From Candidatus Xenobia bacterium (GTDB lineage: Bacteria; Vulcanimicrobiota; Xenobia; Xenobiales; QWHO01), in NCBI GenBank assembly GCA_045863235.1, contig BTUM01000034.1:13402-77401 (forward strand): a stretch of DNA of 64,000 nt, in the 5' to 3' direction. The notes below the pieces were generated by a model, which did not search any database, had not been told where the DNA came from, and saw nothing but the letters and a program-made list of their open reading frames with translations. The position numbers and the translations under genes were made by a program. Positions 1 through 11,300 of the stretch are shown in pieces (the first letter of the stretch is position 1; each line of letters opens with the position of its first letter).

Positions 1-1
1 G

Positions 2-373
2 CCCCCCGGTGGCCATGACCTGGATGTTGGCTCGCTCGGCCAGAGCCAGGGTGGCCGAGACGGTGGTGGCGCCCTCCCCCCCTTTGGCCAGCACGGCCGG
101 GATGTCGCCAATGCCGACCTTGGCGGTCAGTCGCGGGCCACACAGGTCCTCCAGCTCGGACTCGGTCAGACCAAAGCGAACTCGCCCCTCGTGCAGCCAG
201 ATGATGGCAGGGGTGGCGCCGGCGGCGCGCACCGCCTCCTGGCACTCGCGAGCCACCTCCAGGTTGATGGGGCGAGGCAGCCCCTGGGCCCACACGCTCG
301 ACTCCAGGGCCACAACGGGCCGGGCCTCGGCCAGCGCCTGCTCGACCTCGGCGCTGTAACGAGCCCACTTCAT
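2..373 (-). CDS. psuG: Pseudouridine-5'-phosphate glycosidase, 5' part (runs off the window edge)
   Basis: Manual translation of the minus strand from ATG 373 gives MKWARYSAEVEQALAEARPVVALESSVWAQGLPRPINLEVA...GATPAII...GATTVSATLALA...VMATGG. The PVVALES, GATTVS and ATGG motifs are typical of PsuG/IndA. Absent from the ORF track because it is truncated. Confidence 0.9.
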   Translation of the reverse strand, partial: MKWARYSAEVEQALAEARPVVALESSVWAQGLPRPINLEVARECQEAVRAAGATPAIIWLHEGRVRFGLTESELEDLCGPRLTAKVGIGDIPAVLAKGGEGATTVSATLALAERANIQVMATGG

Positions 374-431
374 GGCTCAGCCAGCAGCGAGGCGCCCGGG
401 GATGGGTCGAGGCCGGCCAACCGCTCCAAGC

Positions 432-1700
432 TCACAGCGGATCCCCGAGCGGGCTGTCCAGGATGGTGTTGACGGCCACGCCGCTCTTGATGATGGCGCG
501 TACGTAGTTGCCCCCGAAACGGTAGGGCAGCTCGGCAAAGTCGGGCATGTCCAGGATCAGCAGGTCGGCCTTCTTGCCCGGCTCCAGGCTGCCCACCGCG
601 CTGCCAAGCCCCAACGAGTGGGCGGCGTTGACGGTGGCCGCCACCAGCGCCTCGGACGGGGTCATGCGGGTGCGCAGCACGGCCAGCGAGATGATCGCCT
701 GCATCGACTCGGTCTGGCAGCTGCCGGCATTGAAGTCGGTGGCCAGGGCAACGGGGAGATCGGCATCGATCATGGCCCGGGCCGGAGCGAAACTCTCCAG
801 CCCCAGGAAAAAGGTAGTGCCAGGCGTCAGAATGGGGATGGCCCCGCTCTTCTTGATGACGGCGAAATCGCTCTCGGGCAGCCTTTGCAGGTGATCCACC
901 GAGGCGGCCCCCAGCTCGGCAGCCATGCGCGCCCCACCCTGATAGGTGAACTCCTCGGCGTGGATTCGCAGGCCCAGGCCGGCATCGCGGGCAGCCGTGA
1001 GGATTCGGCGGGACTCCTCCAGCGTGAAGGCGCCTTCCTCGCAGAAGATGTCGGCGTATCGAGCGAACTCACGGCAGGCCGGAATCATCTCCCCGATGAC
1101 CAGCTCGACGTAATCCTGGCGGCGGTCGGCGAACTCGGGCGGAATGGCGTGAGCGCCCAGGAAAGTCGGAACCAGGTCGATATCCAGCGTCCGGGAGAGC
1201 TCGCGCAGAATGCGCAGCTCGCGCACCTCCTCCTCGGTGGAGAGCCCGTAGCCGCTCTTGACCTCGACGGTGGTGGTACCGTGAGCCATCATCCGCTCGA
1301 GAACGTCCTTGGCCCGGGTGGTCAGCTCTTCGTCGGAGGCCTCTCGGGTGGCCCGCACGGTACTGAAGATTCCTCCCCCGCTGGCGTGAATCTCCTGGTA
1401 ACTGGCTCCCCGGCTGCACAACAAGAACTCGCGCAGGCGCGAGCCGCCAAACAGGGGATGGGTGTGCGGATCGACGAAGCCGGGAACGACCGTGGAGTTG
1501 GGCAGCTCCAGGATGTCGCCATTCCACTCATTGAGGATATCGCGCCGGGAGCCCACCGCCTGGATGGTGTCACCCCGAATCACGATAGCTGAATCGCGCA
1601 ACACCCCGGCGTTGTCCATCAGCGTGCCGGGGCGAGGGACGTTGCCGGGCGCGCAGGTAGCGATCTGCCCGGCAGCCACGATCAGGTCAGCCGTTTTCAT
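432..1700 (-). CDS. hutI: Imidazolonepropionase
   Basis: PGFVDPHTHPLFGG, GGGIFSTVRATR, GTTTVEVKSGYGL, IHAEE and LATDFNAG amidohydrolase motifs; adjacent to ftcD. Confidence 0.95.
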   Translation of the reverse strand: MKTADLIVAAGQIATCAPGNVPRPGTLMDNAGVLRDSAIVIRGDTIQAVGSRRDILNEWNGDILELPNSTVVPGFVDPHTHPLFGGSRLREFLLCSRGASYQEIHASGGGIFSTVRATREASDEELTTRAKDVLERMMAHGTTTVEVKSGYGLSTEEEVRELRILRELSRTLDIDLVPTFLGAHAIPPEFADRRQDYVELVIGEMIPACREFARYADIFCEEGAFTLEESRRILTAARDAGLGLRIHAEEFTYQGGARMAAELGAASVDHLQRLPESDFAVIKKSGAIPILTPGTTFFLGLESFAPARAMIDADLPVALATDFNAGSCQTESMQAIISLAVLRTRMTPSEALVAATVNAAHSLGLGSAVGSLEPGKKADLLILDMPDFAELPYRFGGNYVRAIIKSGVAVNTILDSPLGDPL

Positions 1701-1715
1701 CGTGCGCGCAGTTGG

Positions 1716-2639
1716 CTAACTTGCGGGCTTTTCCTCCCGCGCAAGAAGACCCAATATCTGGGCCTCCAGCACCTGGGTGGAGCGGAAGTCAGGTAACTGC
1801 AGATAGTAGCGGGCTGTCTCCACCAGGCACTCGAGGGGGGCCAGCCCTACGATCTCGCTATCGAGCACCGAGACCCCGAACCGCCGCGCCTCCATGCGCA
1901 CCGTTTCGAGCGCCGTGTAAAGACTTGTGCGCTGGGGGTCGACCAGGTTCATGCTCACCTGCGCGCGTCCCCGCTCCTCCAGCATCACCCCCATCGCCTG
2001 CACCCAGCGCAACACGCCGGTCGACTCGCGGATCCGCCGGGCCACCTGGCGGGCCACCTCCAGATCCGCCGTGTCCAGGACCACGTTGTAAGCCACCAGG
2101 GGGCTGCGGGCTCCCACCACCGTGGCTCCCAGGCGACTGTGGAGGGCCGGGGGGCCAAAGTCGGGCATCCGCTCAGCACCAAGGTCCTTGCTCAGGCCCT
2201 CGAGCTGCCCGCGACGAAGCCAGGTCAGGCTGCGATAAGCTTCGCGTCGGGCCGCCTCGGCATAGAGAAAGACAGGCACCTGCAGCTCGTCGGCCACCTT
2301 CTCGGCGGTGGCTCGGGCCAGGGCCACGGCTTGCTCCATGGTAGCTCCCCAGACGGGCACAAAGGGCACCACGTCCACCGCTCCGATGCGTGGATGGGCG
2401 CCCTGGTGCTGGTGCACGTTGAGGTGCTGATCGGCTGCCCGGTAGAGGCTCAGAATGGCCTGCTCGAGCGGCCCGGCCTCTCCCAGCAAGCTCAAGACCA
2501 TGCGGTTGTGATCCTTGTCGCAGGAGTGATCCACCAACGTGACGCCCGCAACCGAGCCCACCGAATCGGCCAGGGCCTGGACGACCTCTGGACGGCGCCC
2601 CTCGGACAGGTTGGGCACGCACTGGAAGAGAGCCGTCAT
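1716..2639 (-). CDS. ftcD: Glutamate formiminotransferase
   Basis: CVPNLSEGR, DKDHNR, HQGAHPRIGAVDVVPFVP, GAR..LVAYN and AQVSMNL motifs; formiminotransferase domain only. Confidence 0.93.
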   Translation of the reverse strand: MTALFQCVPNLSEGRRPEVVQALADSVGSVAGVTLVDHSCDKDHNRMVLSLLGEAGPLEQAILSLYRAADQHLNVHQHQGAHPRIGAVDVVPFVPVWGATMEQAVALARATAEKVADELQVPVFLYAEAARREAYRSLTWLRRGQLEGLSKDLGAERMPDFGPPALHSRLGATVVGARSPLVAYNVVLDTADLEVARQVARRIRESTGVLRWVQAMGVMLEERGRAQVSMNLVDPQRTSLYTALETVRMEARRFGVSVLDSEIVGLAPLECLVETARYYLQLPDFRSTQVLEAQILGLLAREEKPAS

Positions 2640-2998
2640 AAGAGCGCTTGCAGCTGGCTGGCGTACTCGTGGTAGAGGGCTTCCAGGCGCTCGAGCTCAG
2701 GCAGCAGATCGCCAGCCTTCTCAGCCGCTCGGTGCTCGAGGGAGCGGCCCAGGTCATGCAGCTCTCCGGCTCCCATCATGGCGGCCGAGGAGGCCAGCGA
2801 GTGAGTGGCTCGCTCAACCCCCTCCCAGTCCTGCCGGCGACCCGCCTCCAGGGCGGCTCGGACGCGCTCGGGGGCATCCTTGAGAAACGTCTGCACCAGC
2901 TCGGACACGAATTCGTCTCCCCCCAGCTTGCGAAGCTTGTCGAGCGCAACCGGATCGAGTGTGGCCACGAGTTCATGGTATCGCCGCCCGGAGGGCAT
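2636..2998 (-). CDS. Hpt (histidine phosphotransfer) domain protein
   Basis: C-terminal part of track ORF 2636..3661: LDPVALDKLRKLGGDEFVSELVQTFL...ATHSLASSAAMMGA (HxLxSS Hpt motif). Start is ATG 2998 or GTG 2968. Stop overlaps the ftcD start. Confidence 0.8.
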   Translation of the reverse strand: MPSGRRYHELVATLDPVALDKLRKLGGDEFVSELVQTFLKDAPERVRAALEAGRRQDWEGVERATHSLASSAAMMGAGELHDLGRSLEHRAAEKAGDLLPELERLEALYHEYASQLQALL

Positions 2999-3025
2999 TC
3001 TCCTGGCGGCAGAGAACGGCCGGGC

Positions 3026-3892
3026 ATGTTCTGTGTCGAGGTTCCCGCGTCCACCGCCAACCTCGGTCCGGGGTTCGATACTCTGGGCCTGGCCCTCGAG
3101 CTCACCAACGAGGTGTGGGTGGAGCCCTGCGAGCAGGGGCTCAGCATCCAGATCGAGGGCGAAGGGGCCGAGAGCCTGGCCCGGGACGAGAAGAACCTGG
3201 TGGTGCGAGCCATGCGACTGGCCTTCGCCGAGCGGCGCTTGCCCGGACTCAAGCTGCGCCAGGTCAATCGCATCCCCCTCTCGCGCGGCCTGGGCTCGAG
3301 CGCGGCTGCCATCGTGGGCGGGCTGGTGGCGGCCCAGCAGCTGCTGGGACGACCGTTGCCGCTCTTGGAGCTGGCCAATCGCATGGAGGGCCACCCCGAC
3401 AACGTGGCCCCGGTCCTTTCCGGCGGCCTGGTGGCCAGCGGGGTGCTCGAGCAGGGGCCCGTGGCTCGCCAGGTGCCCTTGCACGAGTGCTGGCAGCTGG
3501 CCGTGGCCGTCCCCCCCTTCCCTCTCTCCACCGAGGAGGCGCGCCGGGCTCTGCCGCCCCAGGTGAGCTTCGAGGACGCCGTCTTCAACCTCTCGCGCCT
3601 GGCCTTGCTCTTGAGCGGACTGTCCCAGGGCCTGGAGCTGGATACCGGCGACCGCCTGCACCAGCCTTACCGCGAGCGGCTGGTCCCCGGCTTTGCGGCC
3701 GTTTGCGCCGCGGCCCGGCAGGCCGGCGCGGCGGGCGCCTTTCTGTCGGGCGCCGGACCCACCATGGCCGCCTTCGTGGATCGGCGCCGGGCCGATGCCG
3801 CCGAGGTGGCCCGGAGCATGGCTGCCGCCTTCGGAGAGGGAGCCCGAGGCTGGGCCCTGGAGCCCCGCCTGGTGGGCGCCCGGGTGCGATGA
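3026..3892 (+). CDS. thrB: Homoserine kinase
   Basis: VPASTANLGPGFDTLGLAL, IPLSRGLGSSAAA (GHMP), EGHPDNVAP, DRLHQPYR, LSGAGPT; ATG at 3026. Confidence 0.95.
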   Translation: MFCVEVPASTANLGPGFDTLGLALELTNEVWVEPCEQGLSIQIEGEGAESLARDEKNLVVRAMRLAFAERRLPGLKLRQVNRIPLSRGLGSSAAAIVGGLVAAQQLLGRPLPLLELANRMEGHPDNVAPVLSGGLVASGVLEQGPVARQVPLHECWQLAVAVPPFPLSTEEARRALPPQVSFEDAVFNLSRLALLLSGLSQGLELDTGDRLHQPYRERLVPGFAAVCAAARQAGAAGAFLSGAGPTMAAFVDRRRADAAEVARSMAAAFGEGARGWALEPRLVGARVR

Positions 3893-5205
3893 AGCTGCTC
3901 CTCCCCCGCGCCCGCAGGCTGATTCTGGCCGTGTCCGGGGGAGCCGACTCGATGGCCATGCTGTCGCTTTTCTCCGAGACCGACCGGGAGCTGGAGGTGG
4001 CCCACCTGGATCACCGGCTGCGGCCCGAGTCGGCCGAAGACGCCGCCTTCGTGCAGGCCGAGGCCGAGAGGCTGGGGATGCCCTTCCACCTGGCCCGGGT
4101 CAACGTGCGCAAGCTGGCCCGGCGCAAGCACACCAGCCTGGAAGCGGCCGGGCGACAGGCCCGCTACCGCTTCCTGCGCCGCCTTGCGCGCCGGCGTCAG
4201 GCGGTAGCGGCCACCGCCCACACCGCTGACGATCAGGCCGAGACCGTGCTGATGCGACTGGCCGAAGGTGGCTCACCCACCGGCATCTGGCCCCGGGTGG
4301 GCGACTGGCTGGTGCGCCCGCTGCTCAAGGTGCGCCGCGACGAGTTGCGGCGACTGTTGACCGAGCGTGGGCTGAGCTGGCGCGAAGACCCCTCCAACCT
4401 GTCCAACCTGCCCCGCAGCCGGGTGCGACACACCGTGCTGCCGGCCATGGAGTCACTCAACCCCCTGGCTGTGGAAGCCCTCGGACGGGTGTCCGAGCGG
4501 GCCCGACGCGACGAGCGCTGGCTGCGCTGGTTGGCGCGCGGGCAGCTGTCTCGCTGGGCCGAGCCGCGCCCCGGGGGGTTGGCCGTGCCCGAGGCCTGGC
4601 TCCGGGGCCTGGCCGAGCCGCTTCGGACCCGGGTCTATCGGGCCGTGCTGTGCCAGGTAGCTCCGGGGGCGCGGTTGACCGCCTCCCACCATCGAGGCCG
4701 GGCGCTTCCGAGCGGAGTGCTTCGCTATCGCGAGGGCGAGATGCTGGTCTTCCAGGGGCGTCCGCCGGTTCTGCCCGAGGTGGTGCTGCACCAGGGCCGC
4801 AACGAGGTGGCTGAGTGGAGCCTGGTGCTGGAGATCGACCCGGTGGCCGAGCTGGAAACGGGGCCGGAGGTGGTCTGCCTGGATCTCGACCGGCTGGGCC
4901 AGCCATGGATCCTGCGTCCACGCCGCAAGGGAGACGCCATGGCCCCCTACCGTGGTCGAGTGGAGCCTGCAGCAACGCCCAACACCCGCGTGAAGGAGGT
5001 CTTGCAGAAGGCCGGGGTGCCCCGCAGCCAGCGCGAGACCGTCCCGGTCCTCGATTGCGGAGGCGAGATCGTCTGGCTGGCCGGAGTGCGCGCCGATCGG
5101 CGCTTTCTGGCCACCTCGGCCAGCCAGCGCATCCTGCGTGTTCGGCTGCTGCGACAGGGGACGGCTGCTTGGGGTGGAAGATTGGATACGGCTTTGTCCC
5201 CATAA
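3889..5205 (+). CDS. tilS: tRNA(Ile)-lysidine synthetase
   Basis: AVSGGADS PP-loop, HLDHRLR, ARYRF, TAHTADDQAETVL, RPLL, EDPSN; ATGA overlap with thrB; upstream of ftsH. Confidence 0.93.
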   Translation: MKLLLPRARRLILAVSGGADSMAMLSLFSETDRELEVAHLDHRLRPESAEDAAFVQAEAERLGMPFHLARVNVRKLARRKHTSLEAAGRQARYRFLRRLARRRQAVAATAHTADDQAETVLMRLAEGGSPTGIWPRVGDWLVRPLLKVRRDELRRLLTERGLSWREDPSNLSNLPRSRVRHTVLPAMESLNPLAVEALGRVSERARRDERWLRWLARGQLSRWAEPRPGGLAVPEAWLRGLAEPLRTRVYRAVLCQVAPGARLTASHHRGRALPSGVLRYREGEMLVFQGRPPVLPEVVLHQGRNEVAEWSLVLEIDPVAELETGPEVVCLDLDRLGQPWILRPRRKGDAMAPYRGRVEPAATPNTRVKEVLQKAGVPRSQRETVPVLDCGGEIVWLAGVRADRRFLATSASQRILRVRLLRQGTAAWGGRLDTALSP

Positions 5206-5220
5206 GGAGGTTTACCCGGT

Positions 5221-7119
5221 TTGTCTCGGATGTTTCGTCATATCATCGTCTTTTTCGGCCTGGGGGTCGTGCTCATCTATCTGTTCCACGCCGCCAACTC
5301 GGGCCAGCTGCCAGCAGTGCAGATCGGGTATTACGAATTCATCCAGCAGGCCGCCAGCGGTAAGATCCAGGAGGCCACCATCCAGGGGGCCAAGGTCGTG
5401 GGTAAGTACAAGCCGGTGGCCGGAGAGGCCAAGCAGCGCGAGTTCTACACCTACTTCCGCAAGGAGACCAAACCCGAGCCGGAAGCCGTGCTGACCGACT
5501 ACAAGATCCCCTTCAAAGTGAAGGATACCGAAAGCGGCAACTGGATCAGCCAGCTGGCCTACGTGATTCCCTTCGTGCTCTGCCTGGTGTTCTTGCTTTT
5601 CATCATGCGCCAGGCCCAGTCCAGCGGAGGCCAGGCCTTTGCATTCGGACGCAGCAAGCACAAGCTGGTCTCCGAGAACAAGGTCAAGGTCACCTTCGAC
5701 GACGTGGCCGGGGTGGAAGAGGCCAAGCAAGAGCTGTCCGAGATCGTCGACTACCTCAAGTACCCAAAGAAGTATCAGAGCCTGGGCGCCCGCATCCCCA
5801 AGGGCGTGCTGCTGCTGGGCGCTCCGGGCACGGGCAAGACCCTGCTCGGTCGGGCCGTCGCCGGCGAGGCCGGGGTGCCGTTCTACTACATCAGCGGCTC
5901 GGACTTCGTGGAGATGTTCGTGGGCGTGGGCGCCTCGCGCGTGCGCGACCTGTTCGACCAGGCCAAGAAGACCTCGCCCTGCATCGTGTTCGTGGACGAG
6001 ATCGACGCCGTGGGGCGCCAGCGCGGGGCCGGTCTGGGTGGCGGCCACGATGAGCGAGAGCAGACTCTCAACCAGCTGCTGGTCGAGATGGATGGATTCG
6101 AGGCCAACACCAACGTGATCTGCCTGGCTGCCACCAACCGGCCCGACGTGCTCGATCCGGCCCTCTTACGCCCGGGCCGCTTCGACCGCCAGGTGGTGGT
6201 AGACAAGCCCGACATCGCAGGTCGCATGGCGATCCTGAAAGTGCACAGCCGGGGCAAGCCGCTGGCGGCCGACGTGGACCTGCAGATCATCGCCCGCCGC
6301 ACTCCGGGGTTCTCGGGCGCCGATCTGGAGAACCTGCTCAACGAGGGTGCCCTGCTCGCGGCCCGGGCCAACCGCGACCGCATCAAGATGGAAGACTGCG
6401 AGGAAGCCATCGACCGGGTCATGATGGGCCCCGAGCGCAAGAGCCGGGTGATCCCCGAGAAAGAGCGCGAGATCACCGCTTACCACGAGGCCGGCCACGC
6501 CCTGGTGGCCCGCTCGCTGCCCGAGGCCGACCCGGTTCGCAAGGTGACCATCATCCCCCGCGGCATGGCCCTGGGCGTTACGGCCCAGATGCCCGATGAG
6601 GACCGCTACGCCTACGGGCGGGCCGAGCTGCTGGCCACCCTGGCGGTGCTGATGGGCGGCCGGGTGGCCGAGGAGATCGTCTTTGGCGAGATCACCACCG
6701 GGGCCAGCTCTGACATTGAGCGCGCCACCGGCATTGCCCGCGACATGGTGTGCCGCTTTGGCATGAGCGACAAGCTGGGCCCTATCCACCTGGGGCGGCG
6801 CCAGTCGCAGGTCTTCTTGGGCCGCGACATCGTGGATAGCCGCGACTACTCCGAGGACATCGCCCGCGAGATCGACCGCGAGGTGCGCAACATCGTGGAG
6901 GGCTCGCACGAGAAAGCCCGCAAGATCATCACCGAGAAGCGCGATCAGCTCGAGCTGCTCGCTCGCGAGCTCATCAAGCAAGAGGTGCTCGAAGAGGACC
7001 AGATCAACGAGTTGCTCGGGGATCCGGCCCAGAAGAAGAAGAGCCCCAATGGCAAGCCTCCCATCGTGCTCGACGAGGGGGCGGTCAGCCTGACGGCGGA
7101 CGAGACGGCCACTCTTTGA
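5221..7119 (+). CDS. ftsH: ATP-dependent zinc metalloprotease FtsH
   Basis: Two TM segments, GAPGTGKT Walker A, VFVDEID Walker B, SRH ([20 protein letters not shown]), HEAGH zinc motif; AAGGAGG RBS upstream. Confidence 0.98.
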   Translation: MSRMFRHIIVFFGLGVVLIYLFHAANSGQLPAVQIGYYEFIQQAASGKIQEATIQGAKVVGKYKPVAGEAKQREFYTYFRKETKPEPEAVLTDYKIPFKVKDTESGNWISQLAYVIPFVLCLVFLLFIMRQAQSSGGQAFAFGRSKHKLVSENKVKVTFDDVAGVEEAKQELSEIVDYLKYPKKYQSLGARIPKGVLLLGAPGTGKTLLGRAVAGEAGVPFYYISGSDFVEMFVGVGASRVRDLFDQAKKTSPCIVFVDEIDAVGRQRGAGLGGGHDEREQTLNQLLVEMDGFEANTNVICLAATNRPDVLDPALLRPGRFDRQVVVDKPDIAGRMAILKVHSRGKPLAADVDLQIIARRTPGFSGADLENLLNEGALLAARANRDRIKMEDCEEAIDRVMMGPERKSRVIPEKEREITAYHEAGHALVARSLPEADPVRKVTIIPRGMALGVTAQMPDEDRYAYGRAELLATLAVLMGGRVAEEIVFGEITTGASSDIERATGIARDMVCRFGMSDKLGPIHLGRRQSQVFLGRDIVDSRDYSEDIAREIDREVRNIVEGSHEKARKIITEKRDQLELLARELIKQEVLEEDQINELLGDPAQKKKSPNGKPPIVLDEGAVSLTADETATL

Positions 7120-7139
7120 CCATCCGGCCAACCTGACGC

Positions 7140-7718
7140 TCAGGCCTTGAAGGCGCGACCGATCAGGTGCGGCGAGGCAATGGGCACGGGGAGCCTGAGC
7201 TCCTCCCACTCCACCCGGGCAAAGCCGGCCTGTCGAAGCATCCGTCCCGTGTCCCGGTCAGGGTGACAACCGCCGCTAAGCCAGGTCCAGATCGGTTGCA
7301 CCAGAGTCTGCATCCATGCCAGCAGCGTCCCCCGCGGGGCAGCCACGTGCTCGAGGAAGACCAGGCATCCGCCCGGCTTGAGGACGCGCAGGATCTCCTG
7401 CAACACGCGTTCCGGCCTGCCTACCGAGCACAGCACCAGCGAGCTGATCACCGCGTCCACGCTGGCCTCGGCCAGCGGGATAGCTTCAGCCGAAGCGGTC
7501 AGAATGGCGACGTCGGGCTGGCGACGGAGAATGCTCGCGTGATGAGCGACCTCCGGCTCGAGAGGAAGCCAATCCACGCCCGGTGGCAGATAGAGCCGGT
7601 TGATCCCCGTGCCGGCCCCGATCTCCAGCACCCGACCCTGAAGAGTCGAAAAGAGCGCTCGCTTGCGGGCGCCATAAAGTCGGTGCATGGCTGGCTCGAG
7701 CCAGCCGAGCAGGCTCAT
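7140..7718 (-). CDS. Class I SAM-dependent methyltransferase
   Basis: VLEIGAGTG motif I, LVLCSV, RVLKPGG, FLEHV (METTL7-like). Confidence 0.88.
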   Translation of the reverse strand: MSLLGWLEPAMHRLYGARKRALFSTLQGRVLEIGAGTGINRLYLPPGVDWLPLEPEVAHHASILRRQPDVAILTASAEAIPLAEASVDAVISSLVLCSVGRPERVLQEILRVLKPGGCLVFLEHVAAPRGTLLAWMQTLVQPIWTWLSGGCHPDRDTGRMLRQAGFARVEWEELRLPVPIASPHLIGRAFKA

Positions 7719-7752
7719 GGGCGTCTGGTTTCTTGCCGACCCGCCAGGACCT

Positions 7753-8094
7753 TCACCGATTCTTGCAGCCGCATCCCTTCTGGCGGCTGAGCTTGAACAC
7801 GAAATCGGCCAGTTGCTCGATCTCGCCCGGACTGAGGACTTTTGCGAAGGACGGCATGGCGGTGCCGCTCACCCCTTCGGTGATGGTTCGCAGAATCGGG
7901 CGACGCCCGCAGCCATACTTGTAGGGGCGCATGGTCAAGTCGCGGGGCGGGGGGTCGAGAGCCTCCGCCCCGGGGCCATTCCCCTCGCCCTGGGGACCGT
8001 GGCAGACCTGGCAGTGGCGATCGAAAAGCTCCTGCCCGGTCTCAGCCCGGACAACGGAAGTCAGCAGCAGGGCTGCCAGAAGGAGAGTACGCAT
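7753..8094 (-). CDS. Periplasmic monoheme cytochrome c
   Basis: Signal peptide, CQVCH heme-binding motif, GTAMP axial Met. Confidence 0.9.
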   Translation of the reverse strand: MRTLLLAALLLTSVVRAETGQELFDRHCQVCHGPQGEGNGPGAEALDPPPRDLTMRPYKYGCGRRPILRTITEGVSGTAMPSFAKVLSPGEIEQLADFVFKLSRQKGCGCKNR

Positions 8095-8344
8095 GGCCTG
8101 AGATTACTGCCGGCGAGGGTGGGCAGGGAATGATCTGCGTCATTTGCAGGAGGACATTCGACTGCGGGTTCGTCTCTATCGCCAGCACGGCCGGCCCCAC
8201 CAGATGCCGGGGCGCGTGAGCGCTCCACTCCCAGGAGATGTCGCCTCCCGCTCGCGAACGGACCCGTATCTGCCCACGCGTCGGTCCCGCTCCAGACGAG
8301 CCCGGAGAGCACATCCGTCGAAACCGTCATGATCGCCACCTTGC

Positions 8345-11300
8345 ATGAATAGCGACGAGACCCTCGAGCAGTCCAATCTGGCTCAGGCTCGAGCGGCATC
8401 TTTGCATGAGCCTCCCCGTCCCATCGTGCCGGGATACGAGCTGGAGAGCTGCCTGGGCGCCGGCTCCTTCGGAGAGGTCTGGAGCGCTCGCCAGTGCAGC
8501 ACGGGTCAGGAGGTGGCCATCAAGCTCTTGCTCCATGGGGGCGTGGCCTATCTCGAGCGCGAGCTGTCCCGACTGCGGGCCGTGAGCGACCATCCCAACG
8601 TGCTCAGCCTGATCGACGCCAACCTGAGACACGATCCCCCTTACGTGGTGACCCCAAGGCTCGTACGCTCGCTGGAGTCCGAGCCCGACCCGCCGGTGGC
8701 CCGGGCCGAGGCCTGGCTGGAGCAGGCCTTGCGGGCTCTCGAGTTCGTCCACTCCAGAGGTTTGCTGCACTGCGACCTGAAGCCCGCCAATCTGCTGGTG
8801 GATCGGGAAGAGCAAGTGCGGATCGTGGACTTCGGCCAGGCCGTCACCGCCGAGGAGGGACAGGTTGCCCTCGGAACGCTCTTCTACATGCCGCCCGAGC
8901 AGGCGCAGCCAGGCTCGCCCTCCTCGACCGGCTGGGATGTCTATGCGCTCGGAGCCACCTTCTACCGGTTGCTGGGCGGCCAGCTCCCGCGCGCCACGCC
9001 GGAGTTCCGTCAGTCGCTGAGCGGGTCGGGCGGAACGCGCGCCATTCTGCAGCGCTACTGCGCCGAGCTCCCGAACCAGGAGCTCGTCCCCCTGCGGCAG
9101 CTCAATCCGAAGGTGGATCCTGACCTTGCTGCCATCCTGGAGCACTGCCTGGAGCTCGACCCGGCCCGTCGCTACCAGACCCCGGGGGCGGTGCTGGCCG
9201 ATCTGAGGAACCGCCGCGGTCACTACCCGCTGAGCTGCCGTCCGCACACCCCGGCGTATCGGGCTCGGATGTTCCTGATCCGCAACCGCGTGTTGGCCTC
9301 GGCCGCAGCGATCTTCGCAACCCTGCTGGCACTCACCATCGCCCTGGCCTTTGTGGGCGTCACCTCGCAGCGCGACCGGGCTCTGTTGGAGGAAGTCCGG
9401 TCTCGCGAGCGTCTGGCCGGATCCCTCTTCCAGGCGGGTCTGGCAGCCGGTGGCATGGAGGGCGTGTTGCGCCTGGCCGAAGCCAGCGACCAGAGCCCCG
9501 ATTCCGAGTCTCTGGCCCGCATCAGCGACCCGGTGGAACGGTCCGAGGCCGAGCATGCCGTCGCTGTGCGTCGGGTCGCCGCCCAGGCCTACCTGAGGGC
9601 CAGTCCCCGCCTGGAATGGTCACGCCCGGTACACCTGGCCGGCGTCCCGGAGCGCTGCCTGGCAGCAGACGGGTCGGCCCTGCTCCTGGACCAGGACCAG
9701 GTGGCGCTCTGCGACCCCACCGGGAAGATTCTGCGGCGTTTTCCTGGGAGCTCGGCTTGCTTTGATCCCGGCGGCTCCTGGCTGGCGGTGGAATCCTCCG
9801 GCCAGCTGCAGGTCTACACTTTGGACGGTCAGCCGGTCGGACCAGGCTACCCGGTTTCGGAGGACTTCGCCCTGGGCGGGGGCTTGCTTGCCATCGCCGG
9901 AGACTCGTTGCGCAAGGTGACCGGCGGAAGCAAACTGCCTCAGCGCCCCGAGACGGGGACGGAGCTGGTTGCCTCGACCCAGGGCGCTCTGGCCTCGGTC
10001 GGGGGAGGCCAGGTGCAGTTTCTCCCGGGCGCCAGGACGACCGGCGATAAGATGGCCTTCTCCCCGCTCGGACCCGCCCTCGTTCTGAGCCCCTACCGCG
10101 CGCGGCTGGTCGAGCCAGCGACCGGGAGCGTCCTCTGGGAACGCGAAACCGAATCGCGCGAGGCCGCTTCGGCCTGCTTCAGTCCAGATGGCCAGTTCGT
10201 AGCCATCTCTCTCACCATGGCCGTAGGCTCGCGTCTGGAGCTGCGCGAAACCGAGACGGGAGAGCCTCAGGGTGAGCCGATTTTCACCGAGTTCACGGTG
10301 CTCGACCTGGATTTCGACGACAGCGGGCAGATTCTGGCCGGCGCCTGCGGCGACGGCCGAGTGCGGCTCTGGAACTGGGCCGGCTTTCCAATCGGGCTTC
10401 GGCCGCTGGCCTGGGCTCCGCTCCAGCATGAAGCGCCGGTGGTCTGGGCGCGCATGGGGGACGGCGAGTTGCTCACCCTGAGCGCAGAGCAAGACCAGGA
10501 GACGCTACGCCGCTGGAGCCTGCCCGCACCCACCTCGGTGCTGGCCGACCTGCAGGATTTTCCGCTTGGTTTGCGCGCCTCCGAGGCAAGGGTGCTGGCC
10601 TGGACCGATACCCGGGTGCGGGTCTGGAGCGGTCGCAATCTGGCTCTGGAGGAGAGCCTTGCCGGGGTGAGAGAGGCCTGGCTGTTGGGTGACCGGGTGC
10701 TGGCTCTCAAGGCGACCGGCAGCCTGATCGAGTGGAGCCAGGGTCGACGGTTGGAGTACTCGCTGCCGGGTGCATTCCAGGCTCTGCGTCCAGATGGTCG
10801 GGCGGCTCTGGTCCTGACCACCAGGGGGGTTTTTCAAGAGATCGAGCTGGCCGGAGGCCGGGTCCTGCGCGAGCAACCGGACCCGGGCGGCGAGACTCCG
10901 GTCCGCTACAGCCCGGACGGATCCTGGGTGGCGGCGGCGGGCAGAGGGCGTGATCGCGTCGTATCCATATTTCGCCCCGATTGGGAAGGATTCGCGACGC
11001 AGGTGCGATTGATGGGGATAGCGTTTGGCCCGAGCTCCTCGACCCTGCTGGCCTGGACCGACAGCCTGGAGGGCTCGGCCGTGGTCTACCAATCCGGCCC
11101 GGGCAAGCCTTCGAGCTCCTTCCGACACACCGCCTGGGTGACCCGGGCGGTCTTCAGCCCGGACGGCCGGTGGGTTCTCACGACCTCGTTGGACGGCACT
11201 TCCCGAGTTTTGCACGCCGAGACCCTGCAACCCACTCCGGCGGTCATGAGCCATGGGGGCGTGGGTCTGAGCAACGGGTGCTTCTCGCCCGACAGCTCGC

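Noticed and set aside
8042..8399. Short ORFs between the cytochrome c and kinase genes
   Set aside because: Several competing frames, overlaps with neighbours, and no motif or RBS; none can be supported.
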